Source: Phoronis australis (Eukaryota > Animalia > Phoronida). Taken from it: DNA of 64,000 nt. Below, piece after piece: positions 38,397-51,916 of this stretch (position 1 is the first letter of the stretch; each line of letters opens with the position of its first letter). A program made the position numbers and the translations under genes. The stretch covers positions 298,355 to 362,354 of the forward strand of contig NMRA01000390.1 in the NCBI GenBank assembly GCA_002633005.1. The letters run 5' to 3'. The notes under the pieces were generated by a model. It saw only the letters and a list, made by a program, of their open reading frames with translations, had not been told where the DNA came from and made no database searches.

Positions 38397-40861
38397 ATAC
38401 ATCAGACGGAAAAAGCAGTCTACCATATACCCCATCTCTCTTTGTGATTTTATGAAAAGTGCTTCACAATGCACAGTATCATCAGGCTGAAACTTGTGCA
38501 CTGAAAGAACGTCTCCCATTGTTGCACCAACTTAAAATGACTCACTCGGGCTCCTTAATTTACAGTCAAAAACGACTCATTATAATATTGTCCACGACCA
38601 AACACTTCAGCGCACGTTACCGTGTGGTGTATTGACTCCCCGAGCGAGGGAATTGGATCGAGTAACACCATTCAAGTGTATGGAAAATGACATTCTGGAC
38701 TGTGTTGACAGGTCTTTGCAAAGATACAGCTGGCAAATACTTGTGTTGAATGGTCTCCAAAAGTCAGTTAACTGAGGTGTGCATTGTGCAGATGCGAAGA
38801 ATTCTTGATAAAGCAAGATTGCACAAGACCACTCCTTCGTTAGTACCATGTGTGACGGATTAGAATTTAAACTGCCGCGAGTAACCAGAGTTCAGTGGAA
38901 GGATCCCCAAATAACGTGGTCGGCGAGTTTGGAATCTTAAAATAATGATAGGATTGGATTAACTGTTCACATTCCGCTCCTTATCGAAAATGTCTCGGCC
39001 CACGAAACAAGAAACGTATTCGGTGCACCTCGGGCTCAGAATGTGGATAGACGGGCTCGGCGGTCTGACCATGTGACGACATTGAGAAATGCAAAAGATG
39101 TAACCAAGTCACTCCTACAGCACGCCTCGATGCATCATCGCACAAACACAGCTCCAGTGGTGGGGAATCATTTGGGTGGCGAAGGGCACGGGCTTGTAGA
39201 GTACTGCATGGATAATTAATTAGAATTAAATTAACAACCTAGAAATTTATCTAGAGGATAATCATGGTTATGTGAAAACTAGTATCATAGTTGGGTACGC
39301 CGTGCAATATTTTGAGTAGAGTCGCCGAGTCAGTTCAAACTCAAAGCTGGCATTAGTTATTAAAAACAGACGTTAACAGTTGTGTACCATTGTTCTGACT
39401 AAATGGGTTGAAAATTTATTCTATCCATTATAAGAATCCCTACGAATTGTAATTAGATCCTTCGCCTTGTGTTTCTGCAACAAAACCGCTGACGATCTAA
39501 AGGACGACTCAGTTTTCGGAACTGAGTTCCTTCCGACAACTCAGTGAAATGTGTTACACTTTAATGGTATCTTGATTCCAGCTGCACCCCTATCAAAATA
39601 TCGACTACCCCCGAGGATTTATTTAGGTTCATGATTGGGGAACATTCTAATCTACAGTCTGAGTGGCAAGTCTTGATCACGTCAAATTCCGGCTCCAGAC
39701 AACGTACCCCCCAACCAAGTCGGTGATTCACTTGCACTGTGACCGGTTGCACGTAACTGCCGAATACCCGCAATAAGGACTCGACTCGCTACGGTATGTT
39801 TCCTAAATCTTCAGCGCGTAAATTTTATTTGTTTACGATGCAATTGTAATATTTTTCTACCACATTCTCTTTATTCTATTTCGAGCTTCTCATCACATTT
39901 TCTATGCATATAAAAACCGAACCCTTATTTCAATGAAGCAGGGGGCGATCACATAAAAAGGTCCCTATATTTTAAAAATAGTAATTTCTCTTGATGTGTC
40001 AGAATCGAGCTAAAACTTGACGTCGGTACCCGTTGAAGGTAAAGGAGCAGAAAAAAAGAACACTCCGTGTTTGCAATAAGTTCGCAACTGTCCGGACTTT
40101 AAAGTTAGGGAACCTAGATGAGTTCGTAGAGTGTTATACAACCCGGCACTATCGCCCCCCCGGGGGGAGAGAGCGGCTCGGCTTGTAAAGACTCTCATTA
40201 CTGTGTTACGGAGTTAGCCCCTGTGTAAAGCGAAACCCGGCAAACAAAGCACAGCCCGAGGTCACGATATACGTCAATCACCATGGCACTCTCTATTGAA
40301 AGATTACAGGCACTGCCACGCGTCGTAAAGTATTGTGCAATCTCACTGAAGGTGGCAGAAGAAAGTGACGATCGCTGACCCCGCGACTGAACCTAAAAGG
40401 GATTTTATCATGATGAACGGCAATTGTAAGTACTCCTGCTGTTCTCAGTGGTACATGGTCAGCATTTGTCGAATTACTACCAGTCTGAGCTGCTTCGCCG
40501 TGTAACAGGATCTGGCTTGAAAGCACTGAGGTGAGCCGGGCGATGTCCAGTTCAACATAGGGCCTACGCGTGAATTATGCTAGGGACAACAAATGTATGG
40601 GTGGGTTGCCAAGATATCCACAGGCAAACACCCCTCCATTGGAGATGCACACTCAAGAACGCCGGATACTGTGGGAGGGCTTCAGTCCCCTCCAAAAAGC
40701 GTGGAACTCTCCGGTGATTATTTTCGAGTGCTCAGTGAAAAACTTCCAAACCTTTTGTGATATCGTGTCACTGAAAAGCACCGCATGTCAGCTTCAATAA
40801 TGGTTTCATAACTATGGATCCCTATGAGCGACTTTCAGTGTTCTTGTGCATGGGTAGCGAA

Positions 40862-40880
40862 CTCTCTCTCTCTCTCTCTC
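40862..40880. repeat. (CT)n microsatellite
   Basis: Directly visible. Confidence 0.9.
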
Positions 40881-42277
40881 GACTCAGTCCCCGTCATAAC
40901 CTGCCAATCGATATCTGATACTCCATGTTTATAATCCTAGGTTCGAAATAAGGTAATTTGCAATTTACACTGTCTTTTACAACGGTGTATAAAATAGTTA
41001 AAGTTTAGGAGGAACGTTATTATATCCATGTTTATTTTTTATAAAAACACAGATCCTAGTAATCTTGGACTGAAATAACATTTATCTTTAATGTGATAGA
41101 CACAACTGCGCTGCCCTCTGTGTTTGTGTCAGTAAATTTGTTGGCCGTTTGTGCCACTCACATGCAGTGGCGGATCTACGTTTTCAGTAAGGGGGGGTTT
41201 AGGATTCCCGAGGCGCGTGGTGCCGAGCGGGGGGGGGGGGGGGGNGTGTAAGACAACTTTTTGTTTTTGTAGCCAAACAGTGAAATTTCCATGCATCCAT
41301 TTCTCGCACTTAACATGTCCCTGGAGTTTTTCTTAAGATGATTAAAAACCCTTCTCGCTTTCGTCACATGGACTTGGCTCATAAGTTTCGTGAAACCATA
41401 TTTGTGCACATCTGGGTATGAGTCACGCCATCAGCAAAATTTATGTTGGAACATCTGTTTACACGCACCTTTTTAGCATACGAAAAAGTGTGGTGTGTAT
41501 ACAGGCGTTTAGACAACTAACAAATATTAAAGAGCATAAGGAGCACCGACGGGGTGTAAAAACTTGAATATCAGATGATCGCAACAGCCTCAAGCTGTTT
41601 AAGAACGAAGACCTGCCCTGTTAGTCCGGAAATAAACATATGTTCTGTCTCGTTACGAGAAAAACTGGCGAACGATGGTGCTCTCAGCTCATAGTCTATT
41701 ATTAAAAGCGACAAAAACAATTGAGTATCACTTTATTAAGCTGAATCACGTTGACAATAATTGAAAAACGTCAAATGAATCAGGAAACAAATCATCTGAA
41801 AACAGTTTCACGAAACCAAAACACTCTGTAGACCTACCCCGTGGTGAAAAGACATAAGGAGCAGTTCGCAGAGGGACCAGAGTACACAAAAACTCTGGCC
41901 TGGTCCGTCACGAGACCAAAAGTACACCTGTGGTTGTTATCCCTATAAAAATAGTCGATCTGTCACGGGACCCAACAGTACTGCCTGAGATAAATAGTTT
42001 TACAAAGCACACTTTGGTAAAAAAAACATCACAAAATTAAGACTAGTTCGCCGAGGGACCAGAAGTACACTGAAACTCGACATCTACATAAATCAAGCTG
42101 GCCTGGTCCGTCGCGAGACCTAAAGCGTACTTTGCAAACAATTTTGAATTGAAAACTTCTCTCTAGACACTTTTTAATCCCCAGTGGATGCTCATACGTG
42201 TAGTTCACACATCTGGTGGTCAACTGCTGCGAGAGGTTGTCTAGGAAGGGTTTTCGCACCGTTCTGTAGTACTCACT

Positions 42278-43015
42278 NNNNNNNNNNNNNNNNNNNNNNN
42301 NNNNNNNNNNNNNNNNNNNNNNNNNNNNNNNNNNNNNNNNNNNNNNNNNNNNNNNNNNNNNNNNNNNNNNNNNNNNNNNNNNNNNNNNNNNNNNNNNNNN
42401 NNNNNNNNNNNNNNNNNNNNNNNNNNNNNNNNNNNNNNNNNNNNNNNNNNNNNNNNNNNNNNNNNNNNNNNNNNNNNNNNNNNNNNNNNNNNNNNNNNNN
42501 NNNNNNNNNNNNNNNNNNNNNNNNNNNNNNNNNNNNNNNNNNNNNNNNNNNNNNNNNNNNNNNNNNNNNNNNNNNNNNNNNNNNNNNNNNNNNNNNNNNN
42601 NNNNNNNNNNNNNNNNNNNNNNNNNNNNNNNNNNNNNNNNNNNNNNNNNNNNNNNNNNNNNNNNNNNNNNNNNNNNNNNNNNNNNNNNNNNNNNNNNNNN
42701 NNNNNNNNNNNNNNNNNNNNNNNNNNNNNNNNNNNNNNNNNNNNNNNNNNNNNNNNNNNNNNNNNNNNNNNNNNNNNNNNNNNNNNNNNNNNNNNNNNNN
42801 NNNNNNNNNNNNNNNNNNNNNNNNNNNNNNNNNNNNNNNNNNNNNNNNNNNNNNNNNNNNNNNNNNNNNNNNNNNNNNNNNNNNNNNNNNNNNNNNNNNN
42901 NNNNNNNNNNNNNNNNNNNNNNNNNNNNNNNNNNNNNNNNNNNNNNNNNNNNNNNNNNNNNNNNNNNNNNNNNNNNNNNNNNNNNNNNNNNNNNNNNNNN
43001 NNNNNNNNNNNNNNN
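42278..43015. other. Assembly gap (N run)
   Basis: N bases. Confidence 1.
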
Positions 43016-44020
43016 TCTCCAAGATAAACAGGGATTGTGCGATTTCAGTAAAAAGACCGAGTACAACTTGCCTTGAGTGTATTGAAAACGAGCTGATAAC
43101 ACGTATATGTAGGCCTACTTTGTATACTGGAGGTCGTGTTCGCTCATCGACCATGCTTAGCTGGGCCACCAGCTAGTCCAATGTGTTTGGCCTGGGAGTA
43201 ATATACATTGATATTGGTCCTAAGTTTGGCTTATTACTTTACAAAAGATTTGCACTTAGATCCTAACTATACCTGGGTATCGTCGCCTATTTTTGGTCGG
43301 CCTCTCATGTTCCAGCGGGGCACTACGCACGGTTTGCAAAATAATCGGCTGGTGCTAGCTAGAAACCCCAGCTAATGACAGTGACCATACCCATACACTG
43401 CTGGTAGGCCTACCGTGGAATCACAACTTTCCGAAATTCACATTGACCATTAAACCTGTAGATCAAGTTTTATGACGTTCTTGTAATCATAAGAAGTGTA
43501 GGCTGTCGGAATTTCGCGGCTAACTGAAGATCCCCTCGTATGCTCGGGCTCCTCACCACTGTCATTCAGTAAGCTGGCATCTCCGCGGAATTGAACGACA
43601 CTCCAGGTTTTCAGTCTGAATTTCCATGAATTTCCATACAGACTCAAAGTTGGTTAAACGGGTGTTCCGTTCTCTGGGTCGGGAACATTGGCCGACAGTT
43701 GCAAGGTCTCCGGCGTCTTCTTTGCAGCAGAGTTACATCGCAATTTTACTCATCATCTCACTGACTGAAGACAGAATCAGAACAATCTGCCAATTTCATC
43801 AAAAACATTTACGCTGGGACGTGGAACATTCCTTTCGTCCCTCTGACGCCCTACTCTGTCACCGACACATTTTGAATATGTGACTGTAGTTTTCCTGCGT
43901 GCAGGAAACGCCTTTTTTTACTGCTTTTGATAATGCCAAACCTTTGCCATATTATCAGACCAAACCAACTGTGTGGTCTGAGAACCGCCCATTGTGACCT
44001 ACGATTTTGGTTGCTTTCAG

Positions 44021-44068
44021 ATGCTGGACTGTGCCTCATCTTTACAGCCTACCCGTGGTCGTTTGTTG
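44021..44068 (+). CDS. Candidate signal-peptide exon of the MAM-MAM-CUB membrane protein
   Basis: TTTCAG acceptor and GTGAGT donor; phase 1-1 frame reads AGLCLIFTAYPWSFV(A), hydrophobic, and joins the next exon in frame; the ATG exon was not found. Confidence 0.45.
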
Positions 44069-44724
44069 GTGAGTAAACTGGGGCCAACAGAACGCAAACC
44101 TTTAACTGTTTGATACCCGGGAGTGTTAGCAAGAGTCAATATTTCAGTAGGAATGTCTTTGCTGGATAGCTCAGACACTGTTTCGGACTCGCATGTTTTG
44201 GGCTAGTGACTAGAACAGAGTAAAGCCGTAGAGTAGAATAAAATTTATGTGAAATCGGTGTGAGTCAAAATACAACAATGAAACATCAAGAACTAGTTGT
44301 TGATTACACATTTAAAAATCCTTAAAAGTCTAAAAGTTATGAGCAATAAATACAATGTTTATATCGCAGTATGTTGATTACTGATTTTCAAAAAGGATAG
44401 CACATGCATATACTAAACAATAACAATGTCTAACCAACACAAATTAAGTCCTTCTCACTGGCATCTAAAACTTTACGACCGAGTTGCAATTCCATAGTAC
44501 AGTAAAGTGTTTTCATTTAATTTTAGAGGGTCCATGTCGTGAATTTTTGACAGGGCGTTCCATAGTTTGATACTTTGATAACACAAAGACAAAACTTCAC
44601 CTTTTCAGAGATTAAAGGATCTCATTTACTGAGAGTATCTGTTAACTAAGTATTTCCTGACAACATGAGCAATTCTCTATTGGTGCTTCATATTAATTTC
44701 TTATTCATTGCAATCCAACTTTCA

Positions 44725-44860
44725 CATGCGGGCACCCAGCCTCCAATATGGGGGGGCTCGAATTCCTGGCGTTGTGGACCTTTTCCTAACAAAATAGTCG
44801 GTTGGCTAAAAAAAAAACACCGTTGGAGTCCCCCGAGCCCCCCCCCTGGATGCTCGCATG
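44725..44860. mobile_element. MITE family CAYGCGCGCACCCAG with 5-bp TSD (TTTCA)
   Basis: TIR and TSD visible; related copies at 56403 and 63363. Confidence 0.75.
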
Positions 44861-46560
44861 TTTCAAATAGAATTTGTGATGTATGAATGATTGAAATAGC
44901 GTCACATGCTATTTTTCGTGCGCACGTGTAAGATTGGTCACGTGACGCTTTCACACTTTTGGGCTTGTTTTATCATTATGTGCACTGTAAAGTTGTAATG
45001 TAAAACACATTACGAGGCCAAGGCCTACATACAATAAACATTTCTGATTTCTGATTTTGGTGTCCTTTTCCAGCGAGAACGCTCTTTCTTTTTCAATGAG
45101 AAAAAGCATTAGCATGCTAATTTGTGAGTGACGTGTTAAAACGTACTTTGCGACGAATCACGTTAAACTTAAAACGTTCTAGCTAAACCTACCACCTAAT
45201 GCGCCCTTAAAACGTTTCCCGCCGAAAACATGTTGAGTAGAGTCGCCCAGGGTGTCCGTTTGAACACAGTAACCTCCGTTAAAGAACATGTGATAATAAT
45301 AAAAACAATGTTAACACTACTACTAATAATAACAACAGTAATGACAATGTTTATTTCGTTGTTGTACAAAAGGTCTGTGGCCCATAATACGCATTTATGC
45401 AATACATTACAAAAACCTAATGCCTACATCGTCTCGTTTTTCACCAGTTCGTAACAAAGACGTAACTTAATGTTACTTTGCACGTTTGCAGGTAATTTTA
45501 CAAGTCCTGCTTGCAACCTTAAAAGTTGGTTTTAAATCGCTATCAAGTGGAAACTCAATTAAATGCGATATTTTTCTTGTACAATGTGTGGGTTACAAGT
45601 AGTCCATAATCTATCGTCTATGTGGATTTTTGAATGTCATCCTCTTTCCGCAAGTAAGTTATGTTTTGAACATCTAAATATTGCTATAACCTTCAGATAT
45701 TTTCAGTTTTTAAACTTGAGACAAACTTTTTCACAAGTAACTGCTTTTTGCATAACCTGTTAGTATCAAGTTCACGAGTAACTGCTGCTTGCTTAACCTG
45801 TCAGTACCAAATTCACTGCCATTCAACAATTGTCTATGCCACTGTTGCACACCAATGTCCAAATGTCGTTGTTTAAGCTCCCTCAAAAGTAACCTTTCAC
45901 CCCAACCGACTGAGTTTCCCAAACAATATCAAATACTTCTCATTCAAACATAATGCACTAACATTTGATATCGCTTTCAGCTAAATTACATTATATCGAC
46001 AGTCCCAGCAAATTTTTAAAAACTTGTCCTCACCAACGTTAAGCAATATCAATCAATATTTAATAATTAACAAAAATCTTAAAGTTAACATGGTTTCTTC
46101 CCAGTTCTATGTTTACCGTGAAGTTCGGTGCATTTTGCCCAAGGCCCAATAAGAGTTTACAGAACGTGTTCAAAATCCGATGCACCATATTGCAATATTA
46201 CTATCAAAAATTCGCAGCCAAGTGAACTCCGTTACCTCCTCAAACTGGAACGTGTGTGTATTTTCATTATAAATAAGACTTTGGATGCTTGGTCGACTAA
46301 ACTTTTTTGCGTCTTTGTTCACACATTCTTGACAGTAAAGTGTATACCCAGGTATACATATACACTATACAGGTGTTCACGTTTCCCTTAGAAAATTGTC
46401 ACGTTCCACAGCAATACATGGATACAGGTTTCTCAGCCTCCTTCGGGAAGTTGTAGGCTTGTAAAAACTATGAATTATGTACAACTGTCTCGCCACTTTC
46501 ATGTGGTGTGAAAATCTGCCAGTCACTATCTCATTCAAATATTTTCATGACTATTTCCAG

Positions 46561-46742
46561 CTTCTGTTACGATAACCTTCAACTATGGTAGCCTTTCGCC
46601 GCTTGTGAACGACAAAACGGATGATTTCGATTGGTCGATACGGAACACAAACACGCCCTCTTCCAACACGGGTCCTTCCAAAGGCCATACATGCAGTGCC
46701 TGCAGCTCGGACTACTACGCCTTTATTGAAACAAGTAGTCCG
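46561..46742 (+). CDS. MAM-MAM-CUB type I membrane protein, MAM1 exon a
   Basis: SVTITFNYGSLSPLVNDKTDDFDWSIRNTNTPSSNTGPSKGHTCSACSSDYYAFIETSSP (MAM DDFDW...TPS..TGP..(D)HT...Y.YIE.S); AG/GT intact; 182 nt. Confidence 0.88.
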
Positions 46743-46795
46743 GTAAATATATTGTCTTGGTAATATCATAGCTAAAATGACACAATTGGTGAAAT

Positions 46796-48272
46796 ATGAC
46801 CGAAAATGTAGTTTATGCATTACTTTTTGATATATTCACGGGCAGCGCAGCAATGAAAAAAGTGGGGGGTGGGGCGCCATAGCCCCAGCCCTCCTGTGTA
46901 GCACCTCCCATAGACCATGGGCACCGAAGCCTTGACAAAAGTGAGGGTGCTATAGCCCCCCAGCCCCCTATGGTGCTCCGCCCATGATGTTTAACTTCTT
47001 GAAGTTATGACCTTTGTCCAGCAAAAATGTGGCGTTTTTGAGATCACCGATTAGTAGCTAATGTAATAAAAAAAGCCTTCATGTGAAAGTTAACTGAACT
47101 CGAGGCGGAGACCTCTTTCGTTTTTTTTGTTGCTAGTTGGGTGAAAATACCCGACCTTGGGCGGTGTGTAGTGCGGTGGTAACGTTGGCATGATAAAAAG
47201 CCAAAGGCTAGAGTGTGTGTGAGAAAAACAGACGAAGACTCGAAGCAAACTGAAGGTGTAAGCTCCCTCTCGCGAAAAACCATCTGGGAAACAAATCGAG
47301 CGCTGGACTGGCGTGCAAGATGAGTTGAACATTTTCAGAAATGCCGAGCCTGGTCGACCGGTATACAGCAGACTGGTTTTGCGTCCCTCTCACGTCTTCC
47401 AGAAATAGCTTGATTCTATGGTTAATTTTGATTAATTTCATGTTAGGCATAGAATTGGTTTTTAAAATCTGACTTTATCCAGTCCTTTACTTCTTAACCG
47501 ACTGAACTTCGCTGAGTCCCAAAAAGTTTCAAATTATNATGACCGAAAATGTAGTTTATGCATTACTTTTTGATATGTTCACGGGCAGCGCAGCAATGAA
47601 AAAAGTGGGGCCCCAGCCCCAGCCCTCCTGTGTAGCACCTCCCATAGACCATGGGCACCGAAGCCTTGACAAAAGTGAGGGTGCTATAGCCCCCCAGCCC
47701 CCTATGGTGCTCCGCCCATGATGTTTAACTTCTTGAAGTTATGACCTTTGTCCATCAAAAATGTGGCGTTTTTGAGATCACCGATTAGTAGCTAATGTAA
47801 TAAAAAAAGCCTTCCTGTGAAAGTTAACTGAACTCGAGGCGGAGACCTCTTTCGTTTTTTTTTTGTTGCTAGTTGGGTGAAAATACCCGACCTTGGGCGG
47901 TGTGTAGTGCGGTGGTAAAGTTGGCATGATAAAAAGCCAAAGGCTAGAGTGTGTGTGAGAAAAACAGACGAAGACTCGAAGCAAACTGAAGGTGTAAGCT
48001 CCCTCTCGCGAAAAAACATCTGGGAAACAAATCGAGCGCTGGACTGGCGTGCAAGATGAGTTGAACATTTTCAGAAATGCCGAGCCTGGTCGACCGGTAT
48101 ACAGCAGACTGGTTTTGCGTCCTTCTCACGTCTTCCAGAAATAGCTTGATTCTATGGTTAATTTTGATTAATTTCATGTTAGGCATAGAATTGGTTTTTA
48201 AAATCTGACTTTATCCAGTCCTTTACTTCTTAACCGACTGAACTTCGCTGAGTCCCAAAAAGTTTCAAATTA
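46796..48272. repeat. ~740-bp direct duplication joined at a single N (47538)
   Basis: 46796-47537 vs 47539-48272 nearly identical; probable haplotype or overlap artefact. Confidence 0.9.
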
Positions 48273-48428
48273 TCCGGCCCAGTCATCATAATTATATAAA
48301 ACCATGTTCCTAAATGGCCTAATCCGGCTTAAAGACTGAACAACCTGATAATGATATTGTTATATTGCCACTTGAGGAGTTCGTGTTACTGGCACACTGA
48401 AGTGACTGAACCTACTTATATGTTCCAG

Positions 48429-48668
48429 AGAAAACTGGATGACAGTGCCGTCATCTATTACCCTGTTTCATTTCAACCTTCGAAGTGTGTTAAAGTTTCT
48501 TTTTGGTACTACGGCTACGGTTCAACATTAGGAAAGTTGGCTGTGGTAGCTAAACACGGATCGTCATCATCATGGACAGAACACGCCTTTGCCTCGACAC
48601 TTAGCTACCAACAGTGGAGGTATAAAGAAGTCTCTGTACATCCAAGCAACGCCCAGCCAAGTGTTATG
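48429..48668 (+). CDS. MAM1 exon b
   Basis: RKLDDSAVIYYP...KCVKVSFWYYGYGSTLGKLAVV...QQWRYKEVSV (MAM C..F.Y...G...G.L.V...W); phase 0-0. Confidence 0.88.
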
Positions 48669-49093
48669 GTAAGTTATGAAGTTTGTTTTCTGGAGGGAAG
48701 TGTTAAAGCGACCGGTCAGTTGTAAAACTGACTCTAACTAGTTCCTTACTCAGTTTAGAGGTAACATGTTATTCCTGGACTTGGAATGAACTTGAGACTT
48801 GGCTACTGTTCTTGAGATCCACCTCACTAAGTGGTGACATTTTATGCGGCAAGGACGGTCTTGAGCAATAGCAATACCGAACCAGAAATCATTCCTCATG
48901 AGAGTTGACAACAAGATTATAGCGGTGAATCGTCTAAATCAAACAGTCAGATGGTCAAAGGAGGCTTTACCGGCGAGCTTGCACAATGAACGCTCCGACT
49001 TGATAATTGCTGTTGCAATACCAAACACTTTACCATCTTTTATGAGTGTTGTATGAAATACTCGTTTATTACAACTTTACATCGTCATTTCAG

Positions 49094-49196
49094 GTGGGCT
49101 TCAAAGGTGTTCGAGGCACAGATTTCTATGGTGACTACGCTATAGATGACATCGTCATTACGGATTGCTCCAGTAGTAGCAATGCAGTAATTGTAG
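49094..49196 (+). CDS. MAM1 exon c
   Basis: VGFKGVRGTDFYGDYAIDDIVITDC (MAM C-terminal G..G.IAIDDI); donor GTCAGT, phase 1. Confidence 0.85.
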
Positions 49197-50882
49197 GTCA
49201 GTGTACAACTGGTCCTCTTGATGCTCCTTAGTATACTCACTTCTCAGTGTAGGTCATTTTTTATATAGAACGCGGTACTGTTTGCAGTCCAATCCCTTTC
49301 TCAAAATACGCTCATGGACCAAATTAGCTAGCCATAAACAATTTCCCAAAGTATGATTGTATATTATAGTTAAAATGTTGTCTGTGGGCGTAATTGCCAC
49401 ATTTATCTGAAAAAGCCCGACCCAAGAACATTCACAGAAAATCACGGATATTGGAAAACTTCATGAACAAGTAATGCATCAGAAATGAAGCCTCATTTTT
49501 CAAAAGCAATACTTTTGATGCGGGATATCACAAAATAATGTCATGCCTTTGCTTAAAAATACTCGTATGTGGTAACTAAGTGGATATAGCTCTGGTTATT
49601 GATTAGTTGGATAATGCACACTATTGTTTGCTATTCGAAGTAAATGGATAAAATTGATCGACAAAAAGTGGCCATGTTTTGATTATTTGACACATTTAAT
49701 TGTCGAAAAGACTAGCACTGCTGGAACTTGTTCCTATACGCCTGTATATGTATTCACATGCCACTGGCCTGTAGTACTACAAATATGCGAAAATGTGCAT
49801 GTGTAGTCGCAAGAAGTGCATAAAAATGAACGCAACGGGTTACATATCCATCAGTGGATCAAAACAATAAGCCGGAACTTGTCAATGGTAAAAGGAGTTT
49901 ACACCGTTTCTCTTTTAGATCAGAAGCATAATAAAGAAATTTACCTAACTTAGATTGTACATTTTCACCACAGCTTGTTTGTAACCCTTTAAATGTTCTG
50001 GCTTTGGGTTTCGCCCAGTGCAATAAATACATTTCTTAGTCTCGAATACAGTGTGAAACAACCCATAAAATGAAACTAGTCTTCCATAGCTTTTTTAGTA
50101 CAAAAACCGAAAATGCCGGTCGATATATATGGATGTGTCGTCCAGTCGTAATAGGTAATTTTTGATTTGATAACAAGATTGCTTGATACATTAACAATAC
50201 CTCGCATGTGCTTCCCATATTTTGCTTGTTAACGTACCTGTCCACGTTTACTGAATTTCCTCATTGAACTAGTTTAATTTGTTTTTATGGGTAAATTAGA
50301 GAATATTTGAACACTAACACCCTTTTTCACGTGGTTACGCGGTCACTAAAAGCAGCTATTTCAATGCAAGCAACACTTTTAGTTACAAAACGTCCAGCGG
50401 TGTTACCAAGGCCCTAATCTAATCTCACGACTTCAAAATCGACTCGAAATTTGATCAATAGCTGACAAGCTCCAAGCTCAGAATAGAACTTAGACTTTTA
50501 CGTCTGGGTCATCAAGTGCACACTTGCAGTAGACTGTCATGTACACAAATCATATTGTATCATATTAATAAATTATTCCACAAAAGAGTGAAAAATACCA
50601 GAAATAAGTTTTTTGTCGATTTCGAGTGAAAAGACTAGATTTCGTGCGCAGTTTTCGAATAGTGTAATTTGTTGGCAGCACCTGGATCGTCATGTTTGTG
50701 AAGATGAACTGAAAATAACTGTAGTACCGCTTCCAAGTTATTAGGAAGTTATAAAATGCCTCGCAAGTAATTAGTGACTGAGAAATAATACAAAGCTAAG
50801 ATATTTTGCACAAAACTCTCTCATTTCACACGCGTAAAAGATATTTGACTGACCTGCTAACTTTTGGCTTAACCCATTTCAG

Positions 50883-51064
50883 CCCCAGTGACAATAGACT
50901 TCACGTCTGGCAGCTTGTCACCGCTGATGGACTCCACATCGGATGATTTTGATTGGTCAACACGGAGGACAAGCACGCCCTCTTCCAACACGGGACCTCC
51001 CAAAGGCCACTCGTGTACTTACTGCAGCTCAGACTACTATGCTTTCATTGAAACAAGTAGTCCG
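50883..51064 (+). CDS. MAM2 exon a
   Basis: PVTIDFTSGSLSPLMDSTSDDFDWSTRRTSTPSSNTGPPKGHSCTYCSSDYYAFIETSSP; same 182-nt size and phases as MAM1 exon a. Confidence 0.88.
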
Positions 51065-51252
51065 GTAAGAACATTGTTTTCGTTGTCTTGGCTGCGTTAA
51101 CGTTTAGTAACTACTTGTATCACCTCAAAAGAAAAAAATCTCTGGGATCATGTGCTCCCCCTTCAGAAAAAACGATTGCTTCAGGCATAAAAAGAACCCA
51201 CAACCGCTTTCGTTAGAAGATGCTTCAATTCAGCACCAACATTATGTTTCAG

Positions 51253-51489
51253 AGAAATCAAGGCGACTTTGCCATTCTATATTACCCTTTTACCCTGAGG
51301 CCTTCAAGTTGCATGAAAGTCTCTTTTTGGTACTATGGCTATGGTTCGACCTTGGGCAAGTTGGCTGTGGTCGCTCAGCATCCACCCTCGACAGCATGGA
51401 GGGAACATTTGGTAGTGTCGACAGTTAGCAATCAACGATGGATATATGAAAATACGTACATATACCCATACAGTCAATCTGGAGTTGTG
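51253..51489 (+). CDS. MAM2 exon b
   Basis: RNQGDFAILYYPF...SCMKVSFWYYGYGSTLGKLAVV...NQRWIYENTYI; AG acceptor, GTAAGT donor. Confidence 0.88.
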
Positions 51490-51916
51490 GTAAGTACAGA
51501 ATAAGTCCAATAATGAATATTAAGGTGTGAATTCAGCAGGTAGTTTACCACTGTGGCAAGCATGAATGTCTCAGAAATGGAAAAGCTGAAAATTGGATTT
51601 ATACTTGTCTTAAAAGTACATAATAGATTTTTAAATGTCGATACTATGGATTCCTAGGACTTGGATATCGAATATTAGCGTTTGAGATTGCTCACTTGTT
51701 ACTAGATTTGTACAAAGATACCGGAAGTCCTAACAAACGCATACACGCCACGCCCACCCTGAATAATGTTGTAAAGTTCGCAATTGTACCACAAAAAGCA
51801 ACAGTCTTTTTAGGATGTGCTTTTGACCATATTTTACTGAAACAGTTACCATATCATAGAGCATGTCATCAAACTCGTTCGTAGGAAGCAAACGTGGAAT
51901 ATGCTCATCCTTAGAT

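Noticed and set aside
39630-39793. Possible first exon of the MAM-CUB gene (donor-like CG|GTATGT)
   Set aside because: The ATG frame examined hits a stop before the donor; cannot be supported without transcripts
42029-43176. Long ORFs in the track
   Set aside because: Artefacts of translating through the N gap; the same applies to 52020-52829
46796-48272. Tandemly duplicated ORF cluster as a gene duplication
   Set aside because: Intronic, copies abut at a single N, no coding signature; probable assembly overlap
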